Both the position numbers and the translations under genes were made by a program. Below, piece after piece: positions 47,443-57,205 of a DNA stretch of 64,000 nucleotides. Where the stretch lies: positions 2,559 through 66,558 of the IMG/VR virus record IMGVR_UViG_3300037316_000032; one strand, 5' to 3'. A model generated the notes under the pieces. That model was not told the DNA's origin, did not search any database, and saw only the letters and a program-made list of their open reading frames with translations. Within the stretch, counting starts at the first letter, position 1; the number at the start of each line of letters is the position of its first letter. The stretch is from a virus.

Positions 47443-48077
47443 TAGAATGTCACCGGGTTGCCAACGCTAGTGCCGCCGCGTTGATTACGGGTACGATACG
47501 TCTGTGGGAAATTCCAAGACTGGGAACCGAACGTGTTGCGGCGGAACGTGGCGATCTTCGCCAGCCCAATACCGTCCTTGAATTGCGCGAGATCAAACAC
47601 GCCACCCTTCATATCCGAGTAGCTTTTGTTCATCTGGCCTTTCATCTTGCCAAGCAGGCCGCTGAGGATCGTGCGGCCATACAACGGCAGAACCCAGTCG
47701 GGCACATCCGGAGTCGCTTGCTTATCTACCGGAAACTTGACGTTCTTGATGACGACCACTGAATAAGTCTGCGCGATGTTCACTGGGTACATCAGATGCA
47801 AGACGCCTACTTCCACCATGAGAGCCGGAACGGGAACTGTGTTGAGATCGAGAACGCCACCTAGCCGAATAATCTGCCCGCTGCTTGGCACAATGTTGTA
47901 GTCCACCACGCCGGGGATAGCCATAACTGAAATGGTTTCCACCCAGGAGTCCGAGTCGTTGAAGAACTCATGGAACACATCGAACAGCTCGCCCTTGAGG
48001 CCAGCATCCGACGAGCCCGGAAGTTTGGTCCGCGCTTGGTCGAGCAGATGATCGAGATCAACCTGACGAGCGCTCAT
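47442..48077 (-). CDS. head-tail adaptor / tail tubular protein A-like
   Basis: LPG...EFF..S..W; position after the capsid; TAATG coupling. Confidence 0.65.
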   Translation of the reverse strand: MSARQVDLDHLLDQARTKLPGSSDAGLKGELFDVFHEFFNDSDSWVETISVMAIPGVVDYNIVPSSGQIIRLGGVLDLNTVPVPALMVEVGVLHLMYPVNIAQTYSVVVIKNVKFPVDKQATPDVPDWVLPLYGRTILSGLLGKMKGQMNKSYSDMKGGVFDLAQFKDGIGLAKIATFRRNTFGSQSWNFPQTYRTRNQRGGTSVGNPVTF

Positions 48078-48484
48078 TTTCGCACTCCAGCACCGGGCGT
48101 AGCGCCCATGATTGGGATCGGTTTAATACCAGTCAACATTTCCGTGAACATCGCATTAAAGGATGTGGCCCGCTGATCCTGAACGTCTTCCTGGTCACGC
48201 ATGATCGCATGAGAGGCGCCGGCAAAAACGAAGGCCAACCGGAACATCGGCTCGATATTCACTTCAGTATTATCTACGGTTTTGAAGCTGGGGACCTTCG
48301 AATGATGGGAGTACACAAACAGGTCGGGGCGCACGCGCCGCCCTTCAAGCAGCGCCACGTTGAAGGCTGTCAGCAACGAGGGGTCATCGTACCGATACGG
48401 CTGCACCACATCTTGGAGGAGCGTCCGGATATCGGTGACGTAATCCTGCACGGTTTCTAGGGTGGTCTGCGGCTGCACGGGCAA
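48074..48484 (-). CDS. head completion/adaptor protein
   Basis: RTLLQD...YRYDD..LL..FN......RRVRPDLF. Confidence 0.65.
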   Translation of the reverse strand: MPVQPQTTLETVQDYVTDIRTLLQDVVQPYRYDDPSLLTAFNVALLEGRRVRPDLFVYSHHSKVPSFKTVDNTEVNIEPMFRLAFVFAGASHAIMRDQEDVQDQRATSFNAMFTEMLTGIKPIPIMGATPGAGVRK

Positions 48485-48493
48485 CTCCCAAAT

Positions 48494-48508
48494 TTACCGT
48501 GACGGTAA
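48494..48508. promoter_or_regulatory. TTACCG-N3-CGGTAA palindrome copy 14
   Basis: TTACCG TGA CGGTAA between the capsid terminator and the GGGAG SD of the next gene. Confidence 0.85.
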
Positions 48509-48534
48509 GACAGAGGAGTTAAGAAACTCATAAG

Positions 48535-48563
48535 AAAAAGCCGGGGTTTTACCCCCGGCTTTT
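48535..48563 (-). terminator. rho-independent terminator after the major capsid gene
   Basis: AAAAGCCGGGG-GTAAAA-CCCCGGCTTTTT on the minus strand; T-tracts on both strands. Confidence 0.8.
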
Positions 48564-48590
48564 GTGTTCATTACCAGTTATTACCGGTTA

Positions 48591-49616
48591 TTAGCTGTTC
48601 GGATGGACGCGGGCTTCGGCCAGCGCCTTGCCGTCCAGGACCGAGTAGCCATAGACCTGCAATCCGCGCAGGATTTGGCCAAAGGTCAGCTCGGACCGCA
48701 GGGTTTCCACCTTGCTGATCTGGCTCGCAAACGTCAGTGCGTGCGCGTGGCCGGCAAAGATCGGCCATTCACCCGCAGCGAAGTCAGCGGCGTCCGTACC
48801 GTGGTTCGGCAGCAAGTTCGACACGTAGATCGTGAACCGATCAACCATGCCGAGGCGGCCGTTACGCAGCATCGAAACGCTGTCACCAGACAGATACGCC
48901 TGGCGAAGTTCGGACTGCTTGATCATACGACCAGCCCATGACGGGAGGACGACCCAGCGGCCTTCCTCCGGGATGTTCTGCTCGTCCAGGACCTGACCCA
49001 GACGCATAAGAACGTCCAGGAGTTCCACGTCGCCGGCGCCTGGGTTACGACCCACGACCGACAGCGGGGAGCCACCGGCGCCCAGGTTGATGCTTCCGGA
49101 GATCACGCCGGCAACGGTGCCACGGTTGTTGACGGCAGTGGCGCCGTTAACGATACCCTGGAGAACGTCGCGGTCGACGGTGATCTTGAGCTGTTGCGCC
49201 GCATCGTCCGACCACATGGACAGAATGTTCAGATCGCTCTGAATTTCCATCACGTCATCGAGGATGAGCGAGAAGTACTTGCCCGTGCCGATATACAACT
49301 CCACGCTGGCGCCGACTGGGCGATCGAGCCCGAGCAAGCTGTCAGCAGTGTAGTCATGGATGGTGATCGTCGGCTTCGTGCGGATTTTGACGCGATCGCC
49401 CTTGGTCTTGATCTCGCCCTCGTAATCGGTATTCGAGATCGCGGCCAGCACCGTGCTGGCATAGAACTTCTCGATCAGCTTGCCCGACCAAATTTCCGGA
49501 ATAAACCCGGCCTGTTGGAAGACGTTGCCTGACGGAGAGGCGACAAACGTCGACGTACCCGGAGGATTTGGGTAGGACGTTGCGGAACCTGGAAAACCTG
49601 AAGTATTGCTTGGCAT
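48591..49616 (-). CDS. major capsid protein
   Basis: FIPEIWSGKL..KFY..TV...ISNTDYEGEI...GD.V.IR; RGLQVYG..V; follows scaffold, followed by terminator. Confidence 0.9.
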   Translation of the reverse strand: MPSNTSGFPGSATSYPNPPGTSTFVASPSGNVFQQAGFIPEIWSGKLIEKFYASTVLAAISNTDYEGEIKTKGDRVKIRTKPTITIHDYTADSLLGLDRPVGASVELYIGTGKYFSLILDDVMEIQSDLNILSMWSDDAAQQLKITVDRDVLQGIVNGATAVNNRGTVAGVISGSINLGAGGSPLSVVGRNPGAGDVELLDVLMRLGQVLDEQNIPEEGRWVVLPSWAGRMIKQSELRQAYLSGDSVSMLRNGRLGMVDRFTIYVSNLLPNHGTDAADFAAGEWPIFAGHAHALTFASQISKVETLRSELTFGQILRGLQVYGYSVLDGKALAEARVHPNS

Positions 49617-49669
49617 TGGAAGCCCCTGTAGCGTTGTGGGGCTCTCACGTTATTGTGATATGCCCCGAT

Positions 49670-50779
49670 TTAACCCCTGACGCGCCCTTCCCGTTGCGCC
49701 GCGAAAATCTCTTGTTCGTCGCGGGCTTTGTCCTTATCCCTACCGCTGTACACGCCTTTGCGCACATCGGTATAGAAATTTTGGATTTGGGTGCGTGTGA
49801 AAACTGGCTTGTCAGCGGGTCCAGGCGTATTACCTGTGGCCGGCCTTGCCCTTCCAGGAGCTGCCAGAGTTTCCAGTTGGACCGCGGCTTTTCGAGGCGC
49901 TGTGTGCGGCTCGGGCTGCGGGACTAGATCGGCATCGCCCGTGGCTGTCTCGTCTTTCAGAAAACCTTTGAAAAAAGCCAACACCGTAGGAGCGTCCGCT
50001 GCTTGGTAGGCTTCATCCAACATGCTATGACGTACATGACGAGAGTAAACGTCTGGTAAACGAAGCCAAGAAATAAATCGCGGGTCCTTATTGATCACCC
50101 GCCAGTTCGGCAGAGCGATAGTGAGCGCGTCGAACATCTTCCGCTTGGCCTCAGTGATAACCCTTTGTTTTAATTCCTTATTTTCGTTTTTCAGGGTATT
50201 CAGCTCCGGCCCGATAGCCTGGCGCGCGGCGCGCGTCGCCAGGTCGATCAGCTCGGGGCCATAGGCGGCCTCATCCTCGGGGGTGATCAGCTTGGGCGTC
50301 TGCGTATCCGGGACACGCTCAACCTGTTGATTTCGCACCATTTCTTGGGTCCGGACGAGTTCGTCGCCCAGCTCGGCCATCTGCTGTTGCAGGGAGCCCA
50401 CATTGCGCTGGGACGCTTGAAACCGCCCCTGCATCGAGAGGTATCGGTGCTGCCAGCTTTCCTCAGTCACGTTATCGTGAACGGGCTCGGGGGCGGGCGG
50501 CGCGGCGTCGGCAGCCGGCGCGGGCTCGGGCCGGGGCTCTAGCTCGGCCTCAGCCGCAAGGGAGGGGGTGAGTGGCTCGACAGGCGCATCCGCGGGCGGC
50601 GCTGCCGCTGCGGGAGCCGGGGGTGCTGGCTCGGTTGTGCCTGGTTGAGGGGCCGGAGTCTTTCCGTAGAAGCTCTCGGCTTTGGCCGCTGCACGTTTGA
50701 CGGCGGCGGGGACAACGACTGACGTATCAATAGGTGGCTGCGGCTTAACGGGGCCGTCCCGAGTTACTTCGGTAGGCAT
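49670..50779 (-). CDS. capsid scaffolding protein
   Basis: Pro/Ala-rich N-term, W.HRY.SMQGR coiled coil, C-term IFAAQREGRV; directly upstream of the capsid gene. Confidence 0.75.
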   Translation of the reverse strand: MPTEVTRDGPVKPQPPIDTSVVVPAAVKRAAAKAESFYGKTPAPQPGTTEPAPPAPAAAAPPADAPVEPLTPSLAAEAELEPRPEPAPAADAAPPAPEPVHDNVTEESWQHRYLSMQGRFQASQRNVGSLQQQMAELGDELVRTQEMVRNQQVERVPDTQTPKLITPEDEAAYGPELIDLATRAARQAIGPELNTLKNENKELKQRVITEAKRKMFDALTIALPNWRVINKDPRFISWLRLPDVYSRHVRHSMLDEAYQAADAPTVLAFFKGFLKDETATGDADLVPQPEPHTAPRKAAVQLETLAAPGRARPATGNTPGPADKPVFTRTQIQNFYTDVRKGVYSGRDKDKARDEQEIFAAQREGRVRG

Positions 50780-50802
50780 GACACTCTCCTATGCGCACAC
50801 GG

Positions 50803-51051
50803 TCAGGGGGACAGCGGTGTGGGCTTGGTTGGTTTCACTTTATCGCACTCACGTAGAACACGCAGTATAGCCCGGCATTGCTGAGCGCGACCTTGCATCA
50901 CCAGGACCGTATCGGGGCCGGCTTCCGTTACCGCCACGGTAACTTCGTCCGTGTACTCCCCAAAAACCTGCAGACAATGCTCAAACCCCTCCGGGTTCGC
51001 ATTGCGTAGTCCGAGGAAAGAGTTGCTTAAAAGTTCAACGTTTGTAGCCAC
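50803..51051 (-). CDS. conserved head-module small protein
   Basis: QGRAQ motif; position between portal and scaffold. Confidence 0.6.
   Translation of the reverse strand: MATNVELLSNSFLGLRNANPEGFEHCLQVFGEYTDEVTVAVTEAGPDTVLVMQGRAQQCRAILRVLRECDKVKPTKPTPLSP
50928..50942. promoter_or_regulatory. TTACCG-N3-CGGTAA palindrome copy 15
   Basis: GTTACCG CCA CGGTAAC, intragenic (VTVAVT). Confidence 0.8.
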
Positions 51052-51303
51052 TTAGCCTCCGGGGGGCCCAAAGGAGCCTGGGGTCGACATGTCGTTAATG
51101 TCGGGGGAGTCCAGGTTGGGGTTAGCCATAGGGGTTGCTTTGGAGTAATTCTGCATCGTGCGTTGAGCGGGGTCGCCAGCCGTCAGAGTGTTGAGGGCGC
51201 CACGCGATGGCAGCGTTTGCTCGACTGCGCCCTTGCCTTTGTGAACATTGATCTGACCACCCTTGGTGAGGGGGGTCAAGCTCTTTTTGAAAACACGGGA
51301 CAT
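51052..51303 (-). CDS. hypothetical head-module protein
   Basis: AGGAG SD. Confidence 0.6.
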   Translation of the reverse strand: MSRVFKKSLTPLTKGGQINVHKGKGAVEQTLPSRGALNTLTAGDPAQRTMQNYSKATPMANPNLDSPDINDMSTPGSFGPPGG

Positions 51304-51304
51304 G

Positions 51305-51523
51305 TCAGGTTTCTCCTGTCAGGCCAGTAGTGCCAAACCCAGTTGATTGCTGGGTTTTCCCGTAATTACGCTGGCCAGTCATCGGCTGGACGCGCGGTGC
51401 CATATTTTGGGGGGTGTTCCCCACCGGAGCAATAGGCGGAACGGCCTGGTTAGGCAGCCGATCCTTGATCAGGAACGGCTTCGCCTTCCATTTAGTAACC
51501 GCCCTTGGTATACGGACGGACAC
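51305..51523 (-). CDS. hypothetical head-module protein
   Basis: GTG 51523 directly after the upstream stop; RNYGK resembles QNYSK of the neighbour. Confidence 0.5.
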   Translation of the reverse strand: MSVRIPRAVTKWKAKPFLIKDRLPNQAVPPIAPVGNTPQNMAPRVQPMTGQRNYGKTQQSTGFGTTGLTGET

Positions 51524-51524
51524 C

Positions 51525-51752
51525 TTAGCGGGCGCCCGTAATGCCCGCGCGCGCCGGCAGCGACGGCGAGTAGCCATACATCTTGCGCGAGCCGCCCGCG
51601 GCGAACTTGGCACCCGGAGCGCCGCCCTTGGCTTCGGTATCGGTAACGCCCGGCGTCTGCGGGCCAGCAGCCTGCTTGCCGAACATGTGGCTATTACCAC
51701 CCTCCGCGAACTTGGCGGATTTCGTGGTTTCCTTCGTGAATTTTGCAGCCAT
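51525..51752 (-). CDS. small protein with two KFAxGG repeats
   Basis: GGGAG SD; AKFAEGGNSHMFG and AKFAAGGSRKMYG. Confidence 0.65.
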   Translation of the reverse strand: MAAKFTKETTKSAKFAEGGNSHMFGKQAAGPQTPGVTDTEAKGGAPGAKFAAGGSRKMYGYSPSLPARAGITGAR

Positions 51753-51816
51753 GACAGTTCTCCCAAGGAGTTGAAACTCGATACGGACACCCTGCCACAG
51801 AGCTACTAATGAGGAG

Positions 51817-52485
51817 TTAACGTGGGGGGCTCGCTAGCAGCGCTCGTATCCGGTCGTACATTTGCACCTTCTCGGCGCTTTGGTTCCAAGCATGAACAGC
51901 AATCGGGTCCCCCTCTTTGAACACGGGATTGAACGCGCCGCGCTCATAGGTCGCGTCCATAGTGGCAGTGCCATAAATTGGGTGATTGGAGTGTGTGATC
52001 ACATCCGGCAGAACGCGAATAATTCCAAAGTCCTTCCCAATCATGCTCCACACAACATCAGAGTAATTGTGGTGAACACCAGCAATAGGAAGGATACCGT
52101 TCATTGCTCGCACTAGATCACCACCAAAACACGGGGCGCCAGGCAACGCCGCGGTCACGCCGGGCTCAGTCGACGTAGCCAAGTATCGTGATCCAGCCGC
52201 AGCTTCAAGTTTTTCCCACCACTGCGGCGTCATGGGCACTTGGTCGTCAGTGAGCAGGCCATAACAAGACTCATTCGGAAAATGCGGCAGTATCCACCGT
52301 AGCACATCACCAAACGATGTGGCGGAAATTTCATGTTTTTCGAACGGCCAACAATTATACTCACAAAGCTTTGGGTCTTCGAGGGTGAGCAGAACTTGAA
52401 ATTTATCCCACGGTGGAAGGCCACCTGGCGATGACACCAACTGGTCAAGATGGTGCGGGCGTCCGTAAGTTGGCATGAACCACAT
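51817..52485 (-). CDS. putative GT-A fold glycosyltransferase
   Basis: MPTYGRP start, LLTDD (DxD-like), H.YSD..W and H.NHP motifs. Confidence 0.6.
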   Translation of the reverse strand: MWFMPTYGRPHHLDQLVSSPGGLPPWDKFQVLLTLEDPKLCEYNCWPFEKHEISATSFGDVLRWILPHFPNESCYGLLTDDQVPMTPQWWEKLEAAAGSRYLATSTEPGVTAALPGAPCFGGDLVRAMNGILPIAGVHHNYSDVVWSMIGKDFGIIRVLPDVITHSNHPIYGTATMDATYERGAFNPVFKEGDPIAVHAWNQSAEKVQMYDRIRALLASPPR

Positions 52486-52496
52486 TTCGTTTATCC

Positions 52497-53204
52497 TTAA
52501 ACTGGAGAAAGCAGCAGCATCCCGTTTCCAACAGCTAACACATGCGTCCGAATGTTTTTTCGGTTTTTGTAGTAGGTAAGTAAATCACGACAGCCCCGCC
52601 CCTTGTCTGAACCTGGCACGGCGTTGAGCGCATCGCCATGAAAAAACACGTCATCAACGACGAGAAGACCGTGGGGGGACAACAGGCGTTCGCAATCCAA
52701 AGCAGCAGCGAGATAGTCCTGCTTGCCGCCATCAAGAAAGATAAAGTCAAACTTGCGGTGTGCGACCGCGAGGCGCGGGAGAACTACCTTTCCGTCGCCA
52801 ACGATCAGCTCAATCTTGTGAGCCAGATCGTTAGCCAAAAAATTCCGTGCGGCTATACCCGCGAAATCGGGACCTTTCTCAATAGTCGTTACACGCGCGC
52901 CATCGCCGGCCGCCACTGCCAGGTGCATCGTAGTGGAACCAAGAAGGGTGCCGACTTCCAAGATTGATTTTGCTTTGGTGAGCCGAATTAGGAACGACAA
53001 AAAAGCCACTGCCGCAGGCGTACTGGTCAGCCGCTTAATGTCTACCCCAGGAGGTTTTTCTACGGTGAACTTGTCTGATGAAAAATTAGCCGAAAAATCC
53101 AACAGCATCTGAGCTAGTTTTTGCTCATAGTTCTCCGGGTCATCAGCGAGATTTTTGAAAAAGGGTTGAGTAGGGAACATTTTATCTACATACCCGACCA
53201 TCAC
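52497..53204 (-). CDS. SAM-dependent O-methyltransferase (Methyltransf_3 / COMT-like)
   Basis: ILEVGT..G.T, VTTIE, FDFIFLDGGK..Y, GLLVVDDV. Confidence 0.88.
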   Translation of the reverse strand: MMVGYVDKMFPTQPFFKNLADDPENYEQKLAQMLLDFSANFSSDKFTVEKPPGVDIKRLTSTPAAVAFLSFLIRLTKAKSILEVGTLLGSTTMHLAVAAGDGARVTTIEKGPDFAGIAARNFLANDLAHKIELIVGDGKVVLPRLAVAHRKFDFIFLDGGKQDYLAAALDCERLLSPHGLLVVDDVFFHGDALNAVPGSDKGRGCRDLLTYYKNRKNIRTHVLAVGNGMLLLSPV

Positions 53205-53881
53205 GGCCTCCCTTGGTAGTTGTCAAACATCGTGTTGTTGTGATCGGCAGAGTACCATCGGATAGGCAATATGTTCGCACGCTCGATGCGCGCCCAGGAG
53301 TTGACTTCCCACCCAATGGTATTTGTCTTGATTATATTTTGCTTGCTCTCGGCCGCTGCTTCAATCGCAAACGGTCCAACCAGCGACCGGGGACAAATAA
53401 CGACACCGCCGCAGAAGCGCCAGCACGGGCTACTGTTGTTGTCCATGAAGAAGTCCGACCGATTGCCTTTATCCCAGCATCCCGGCATGACGATCTCATC
53501 CATACTGCCGGACTGCTCGACCCGGTGCAGCATGGCAGAAATGCACTCCTCCGTCACGCCATAGCAGTGCATGATCCCGTAGTCGATCCACACAAAGATA
53601 TCTGTCTCGGGGTCCTCTTGGCGTGCCTGCAACATCCACATCAGCTTTTGTTGTTGAATACATACACCATCCCGTGGGGTTTGGTCCGGCCAATAGAAGA
53701 ACCTCGCATTAGGAACTGATTTCAAGAAAGCGTACAGCCAGCAATTCTCCAGAGCGCCAAAGAACACCCTCTTGGAGAACGGAAGCGCTTCCAGGCGCGC
53801 GCCAAGCGCCATGAACTCCTCATGCGAGCGGCGGTGGTTGTCTGACAGCGGAACATATCCGCTCACGATTTTGATTTTCAC
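53201..53881 (-). CDS. HtrL/WlaTC-like putative glycosyltransferase
   Basis: K..WM..A...DP....FVWIDYGI, WRFCGG, WEVN.WA..E, WY.ADHN. Confidence 0.65.
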   Translation of the reverse strand: MKIKIVSGYVPLSDNHRRSHEEFMALGARLEALPFSKRVFFGALENCWLYAFLKSVPNARFFYWPDQTPRDGVCIQQQKLMWMLQARQEDPETDIFVWIDYGIMHCYGVTEECISAMLHRVEQSGSMDEIVMPGCWDKGNRSDFFMDNNSSPCWRFCGGVVICPRSLVGPFAIEAAAESKQNIIKTNTIGWEVNSWARIERANILPIRWYSADHNNTMFDNYQGRP

Positions 53882-55890
53882 GGGTGCAACATTTCTATCA
53901 GGTCGTGATCATCAATGGTGGCAACCCAAGCTTCCTTATCCGCGACGCCGTAGGAAACGATAATCCTCTTTCGGTCGGGGTGGCGCGCGAGCCCGTTGGC
54001 AAACTCGATCTGCTTAGAGTGGAACACGAACGGCAGGCTGATGCACCGCGCGTGATAAGCTGCATCAAAAAACACGAACCTGTGCTGGTAGTAGCGTGTC
54101 ACCTTGTCAACTTGGTAACGGGCTTCATGAACAAGGCCAAGCCAGCCGCCCTTGAACGGAATGACCTGTGAGCTGCCGCTCATGTGGTCTACCGCAAACG
54201 GAAGAAGGCTCTTGTTAACCGGCTGACCATAGCTGTCTACCAGCTCATCCAGTCGATAGGCAAAACGCAAGTTGGCGCCGTCAACCCACGGCATCCAGTT
54301 CTTTTCATGTTGACGCCGGTTGGGGAGCATCTGGCTCCACTCGATGATGTGCGGCTGCGTCGTGCTGCGGTCAATCTTCGCCAGTACTTGCTCGCACCAG
54401 CCCTCTTTGTTCAGTTCTCGAACCGTGGACGTACTCCACATGGCGCCGCGCCATTCAAAAATGCGCATGTCCTCGAAGCCAAGCACCATAGGGTATTCCG
54501 GTTTCGGCAGGAGGGGCGGAAGAATTTCATTCACAGTTTGAATTTCAAGCTCGTTGCTAAGTTTGGCTAAGTAATTCCGGGTCCGAACGGGATGGTCCGC
54601 CGAGATTTCCCCATTGTTGACCAGGTAGCGGCCGTCTTTGTCCATCTTATAGTTGACAGTTCGGACCGTTGTGTATACTTCTTTGTTGACAACGGCCACA
54701 GAGGGATTGAGTAGTGCGTAACCAGTTGGGTGGAACCCGGTTGGTCCAGCCGTCGCCGCCTCCATAGGAACGAACTCCAGCCGCTTCGGCGTGAAGGATG
54801 GCGCCAGCTCCTTGAGCGGCTTCAGATAGTGGAACAGGTTCGTGCGCGCCAGCTCGCGCGCTCCGGTGTACTCCGTCTTGGACAGCGCCAACTTATTACA
54901 TACGTCAAATCCCTGCTGACGTTTAGCTATATTATAATAAGCACTGATCGAGAACTCCTCAGCGGCGCCAACTGTGTGAGCATAACGGTTGATGAACAGA
55001 ACATCGTCTGGATACGGCAGAGAGAGGATGGGCTCAGAGAACAAAAGGCTGGCCATGTTCTTCCCCTTCATGCGGTAGTAATGCGCCAACTCCCACGGCG
55101 CCTCGGCGCGCGTCGGGCGCAAGTTATACGCATTGAGCAAAGTGCGTATAAAGCCTGCATCGTCGCCGGTAGCCAGCAGGCTGTGGGCCAACTTCACATG
55201 GGAAATGTAAATCTCCTCAGCAAAGCCGCCCAGCTCTATTCGTTTGCGGTAGGCCGCAATCGCGCCTTTGTGTTTGCCGCTGTCACCGTAGGACTGGGCA
55301 AGATAAAACCAATAGCGCGCGTTCTTCGGTTCTTTCTTCAGCGCGGCCACCAGCAGCAGAATATCTCGGGAAAATTTGTCCTTCCGGTTGGCGCCATCTG
55401 CATGATCTATGAAGTAAATTCCATGCAAAAGCTCCTCACCAGAAATGGCAAGATATTCGTGCGTGACCCCGACATACTTGCCGGTGGTCGATCGCGCGAT
55501 GAGGCGCCGGTTGCTGTAGGAAAGCGTGCCACCCTTTTGGACTACATCGTAAGCTTGCGCCGTAAGCGTTTCACGAAACGCTTTATCGTCCGCCACCAAC
55601 TCCATATCTGCATCAACCAGCAATAAATAATCCCACGGAATGGTGGATGCACGGGCGTAGGCGAGGGCGCTATTGCGAGCTTGTTCGAAATTAACGAAGG
55701 GTCCGCGATGGATTTCACCGGGAACACCACGTTCGTCAAAAAATCGCTCAATAAGTGCCAATGTGTCATCGGTCGATCCTGTGTCAAAAATTACATAGGC
55801 GTCGATGAACGGCACAACGCTGGTGAGACAGCGCACGATCCGCGCTGCTTCGTTCTTCACTATCATGTTCAGGCAAAGTTTTGGTCGCAC
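53878..55890 (-). CDS. GT2 glycosyltransferase - TPR - beta-propeller fusion
   Basis: LNMIVKNEA..I.RCL.SV, DTGSTDDT, F..ARN.AL, VDAD, HE; TPRs (ARYWFYLAQSY); C-term NPS, GFEDMR, EKNWMP, IEF..GL, SYGV.D. Confidence 0.88.
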   Translation of the reverse strand: MRPKLCLNMIVKNEAARIVRCLTSVVPFIDAYVIFDTGSTDDTLALIERFFDERGVPGEIHRGPFVNFEQARNSALAYARASTIPWDYLLLVDADMELVADDKAFRETLTAQAYDVVQKGGTLSYSNRRLIARSTTGKYVGVTHEYLAISGEELLHGIYFIDHADGANRKDKFSRDILLLVAALKKEPKNARYWFYLAQSYGDSGKHKGAIAAYRKRIELGGFAEEIYISHVKLAHSLLATGDDAGFIRTLLNAYNLRPTRAEAPWELAHYYRMKGKNMASLLFSEPILSLPYPDDVLFINRYAHTVGAAEEFSISAYYNIAKRQQGFDVCNKLALSKTEYTGARELARTNLFHYLKPLKELAPSFTPKRLEFVPMEAATAGPTGFHPTGYALLNPSVAVVNKEVYTTVRTVNYKMDKDGRYLVNNGEISADHPVRTRNYLAKLSNELEIQTVNEILPPLLPKPEYPMVLGFEDMRIFEWRGAMWSTSTVRELNKEGWCEQVLAKIDRSTTQPHIIEWSQMLPNRRQHEKNWMPWVDGANLRFAYRLDELVDSYGQPVNKSLLPFAVDHMSGSSQVIPFKGGWLGLVHEARYQVDKVTRYYQHRFVFFDAAYHARCISLPFVFHSKQIEFANGLARHPDRKRIIVSYGVADKEAWVATIDDHDLIEMLHP

Positions 55891-55927
55891 TTGGGGGTCT
55901 TCCTCGTTAGGGTCCGAGGACTATAGC

Positions 55928-56578
55928 TCATCCTTGCGAAACACGCAAGGCCCCTGTTGCACCTGCCGCGGCGAATGTTCCGGTGGCGCTATAAACTGCG
56001 CCAACCACATGCGGATCATTGGTCGGTGGCGTGTACGAAGTGTTGAGGACTGGGCCAGCCGGGCCTTGATATCCGGTAGGTCCGGTTGCACCGGTCGCGC
56101 CGAGTGCGCCGTTCGCGCCAGTCACGCCGATACCGCCTGCGGGACCAGAAGGACCAGAAGGACCAGTAACTCCCGTGGCTGCGGCTGGACCAGTAACACC
56201 AACAGCACCGTATGGCCCCTGATCTGGCCCTATAGCGCCGGTTGGACCAGACGGCCCAGTAGTACCAGTCGCGCCAGTATTGCCAACTGCACCAGCCGGG
56301 CCTGGATAGCCAACGTTTCCGGTAGGACCAGTAGGGCCAGCCGGTAAAGCGTTCGGCCCTTGCGGACCCGCAGTGCCGGCCGGGCCGGTAAAGCCTGTCG
56401 TGCCAGCCGGGCCAGTGGCGCCGGTTGCCGCACCAGTAGGACCAGTGGCCCCAGGCGGACCTTGAAGGCCCGAAGGGCCCTGAATGGCATCAACGACTTG
56501 TTTCAGGACCGACCCTTCGATGTTGTCATCATAAGTGTCGAGAGCGCCCAGCGGGCCGGGGCTTGGAATGTTCGCCAT
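55928..56578 (-). CDS. collagen-like protein
   Basis: About 140 aa of G-X-Y rich in GPT/GAT; N-term GSVLKQVVD; C-term PPTNDPHVVGAVY. Confidence 0.85.
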   Translation of the reverse strand: MANIPSPGPLGALDTYDDNIEGSVLKQVVDAIQGPSGLQGPPGATGPTGAATGATGPAGTTGFTGPAGTAGPQGPNALPAGPTGPTGNVGYPGPAGAVGNTGATGTTGPSGPTGAIGPDQGPYGAVGVTGPAAATGVTGPSGPSGPAGGIGVTGANGALGATGATGPTGYQGPAGPVLNTSYTPPTNDPHVVGAVYSATGTFAAAGATGALRVSQG

Positions 56579-56590
56579 GTCAAACCCCTA

Positions 56591-57193
56591 TTATGGACCG
56601 CCTGAAATTGTCAGCACGCCGCCGTTGCTCCAGACCTGGCCAGTGACGCCAGGATTGGAAGTCGGCGGAATGAACAAGGCGGGATTGTTACCTGTCGGGC
56701 CTGTTATGCCTTGGGCACCGTTATTACCTTGAGCGCCGGCAGCACCAGCGTTACCTTGCGGGCCAGTTGGACCAGCAGGGCCAGTGACGCCAGTCGGGCC
56801 GGCTGGGCCGGTTGCGGCACCAGTAGGACCGGTCGCACCTTGCAGACCTGTTACGCCGCTCGATTGACCAGCAGGGCCTTGTGGACCCTGGACACCTGCA
56901 TAACCTTGCGCGCCAACCGGACCTTGCGGACCTGTGGCACCAGTGGCGCTAGTGGCACCAGCGGGACCACCTGGGCCTGTTGGGCCAACGGCGGGGCCAG
57001 TGGCACCAGTCACACCAGTCGGACCAGTCGAACCTGTGGAGGCGCCGGCTGCGCCAGTCGGGCCGGCTGAACCTGTCGGGCCAGCAGCGCCAGTCACGCC
57101 ACCGGTGGGACCTGCATTGATAAAGTCCACGACCTGTTTCAGAACAGGACCAATTTGGTTGCGATCATAATTGTTTGAGGACAAGATCGTCAT
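56591..57193 (-). CDS. collagen-like protein
   Basis: G-X-Y run; N-term GPVLKQVVD; C-term [22 protein letters not shown]. Confidence 0.85.
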   Translation of the reverse strand: MTILSSNNYDRNQIGPVLKQVVDFINAGPTGGVTGAAGPTGSAGPTGAAGASTGSTGPTGVTGATGPAVGPTGPGGPAGATSATGATGPQGPVGAQGYAGVQGPQGPAGQSSGVTGLQGATGPTGAATGPAGPTGVTGPAGPTGPQGNAGAAGAQGNNGAQGITGPTGNNPALFIPPTSNPGVTGQVWSNGGVLTISGGP

Positions 57194-57205
57194 GGCAAAC
57201 CCCTA

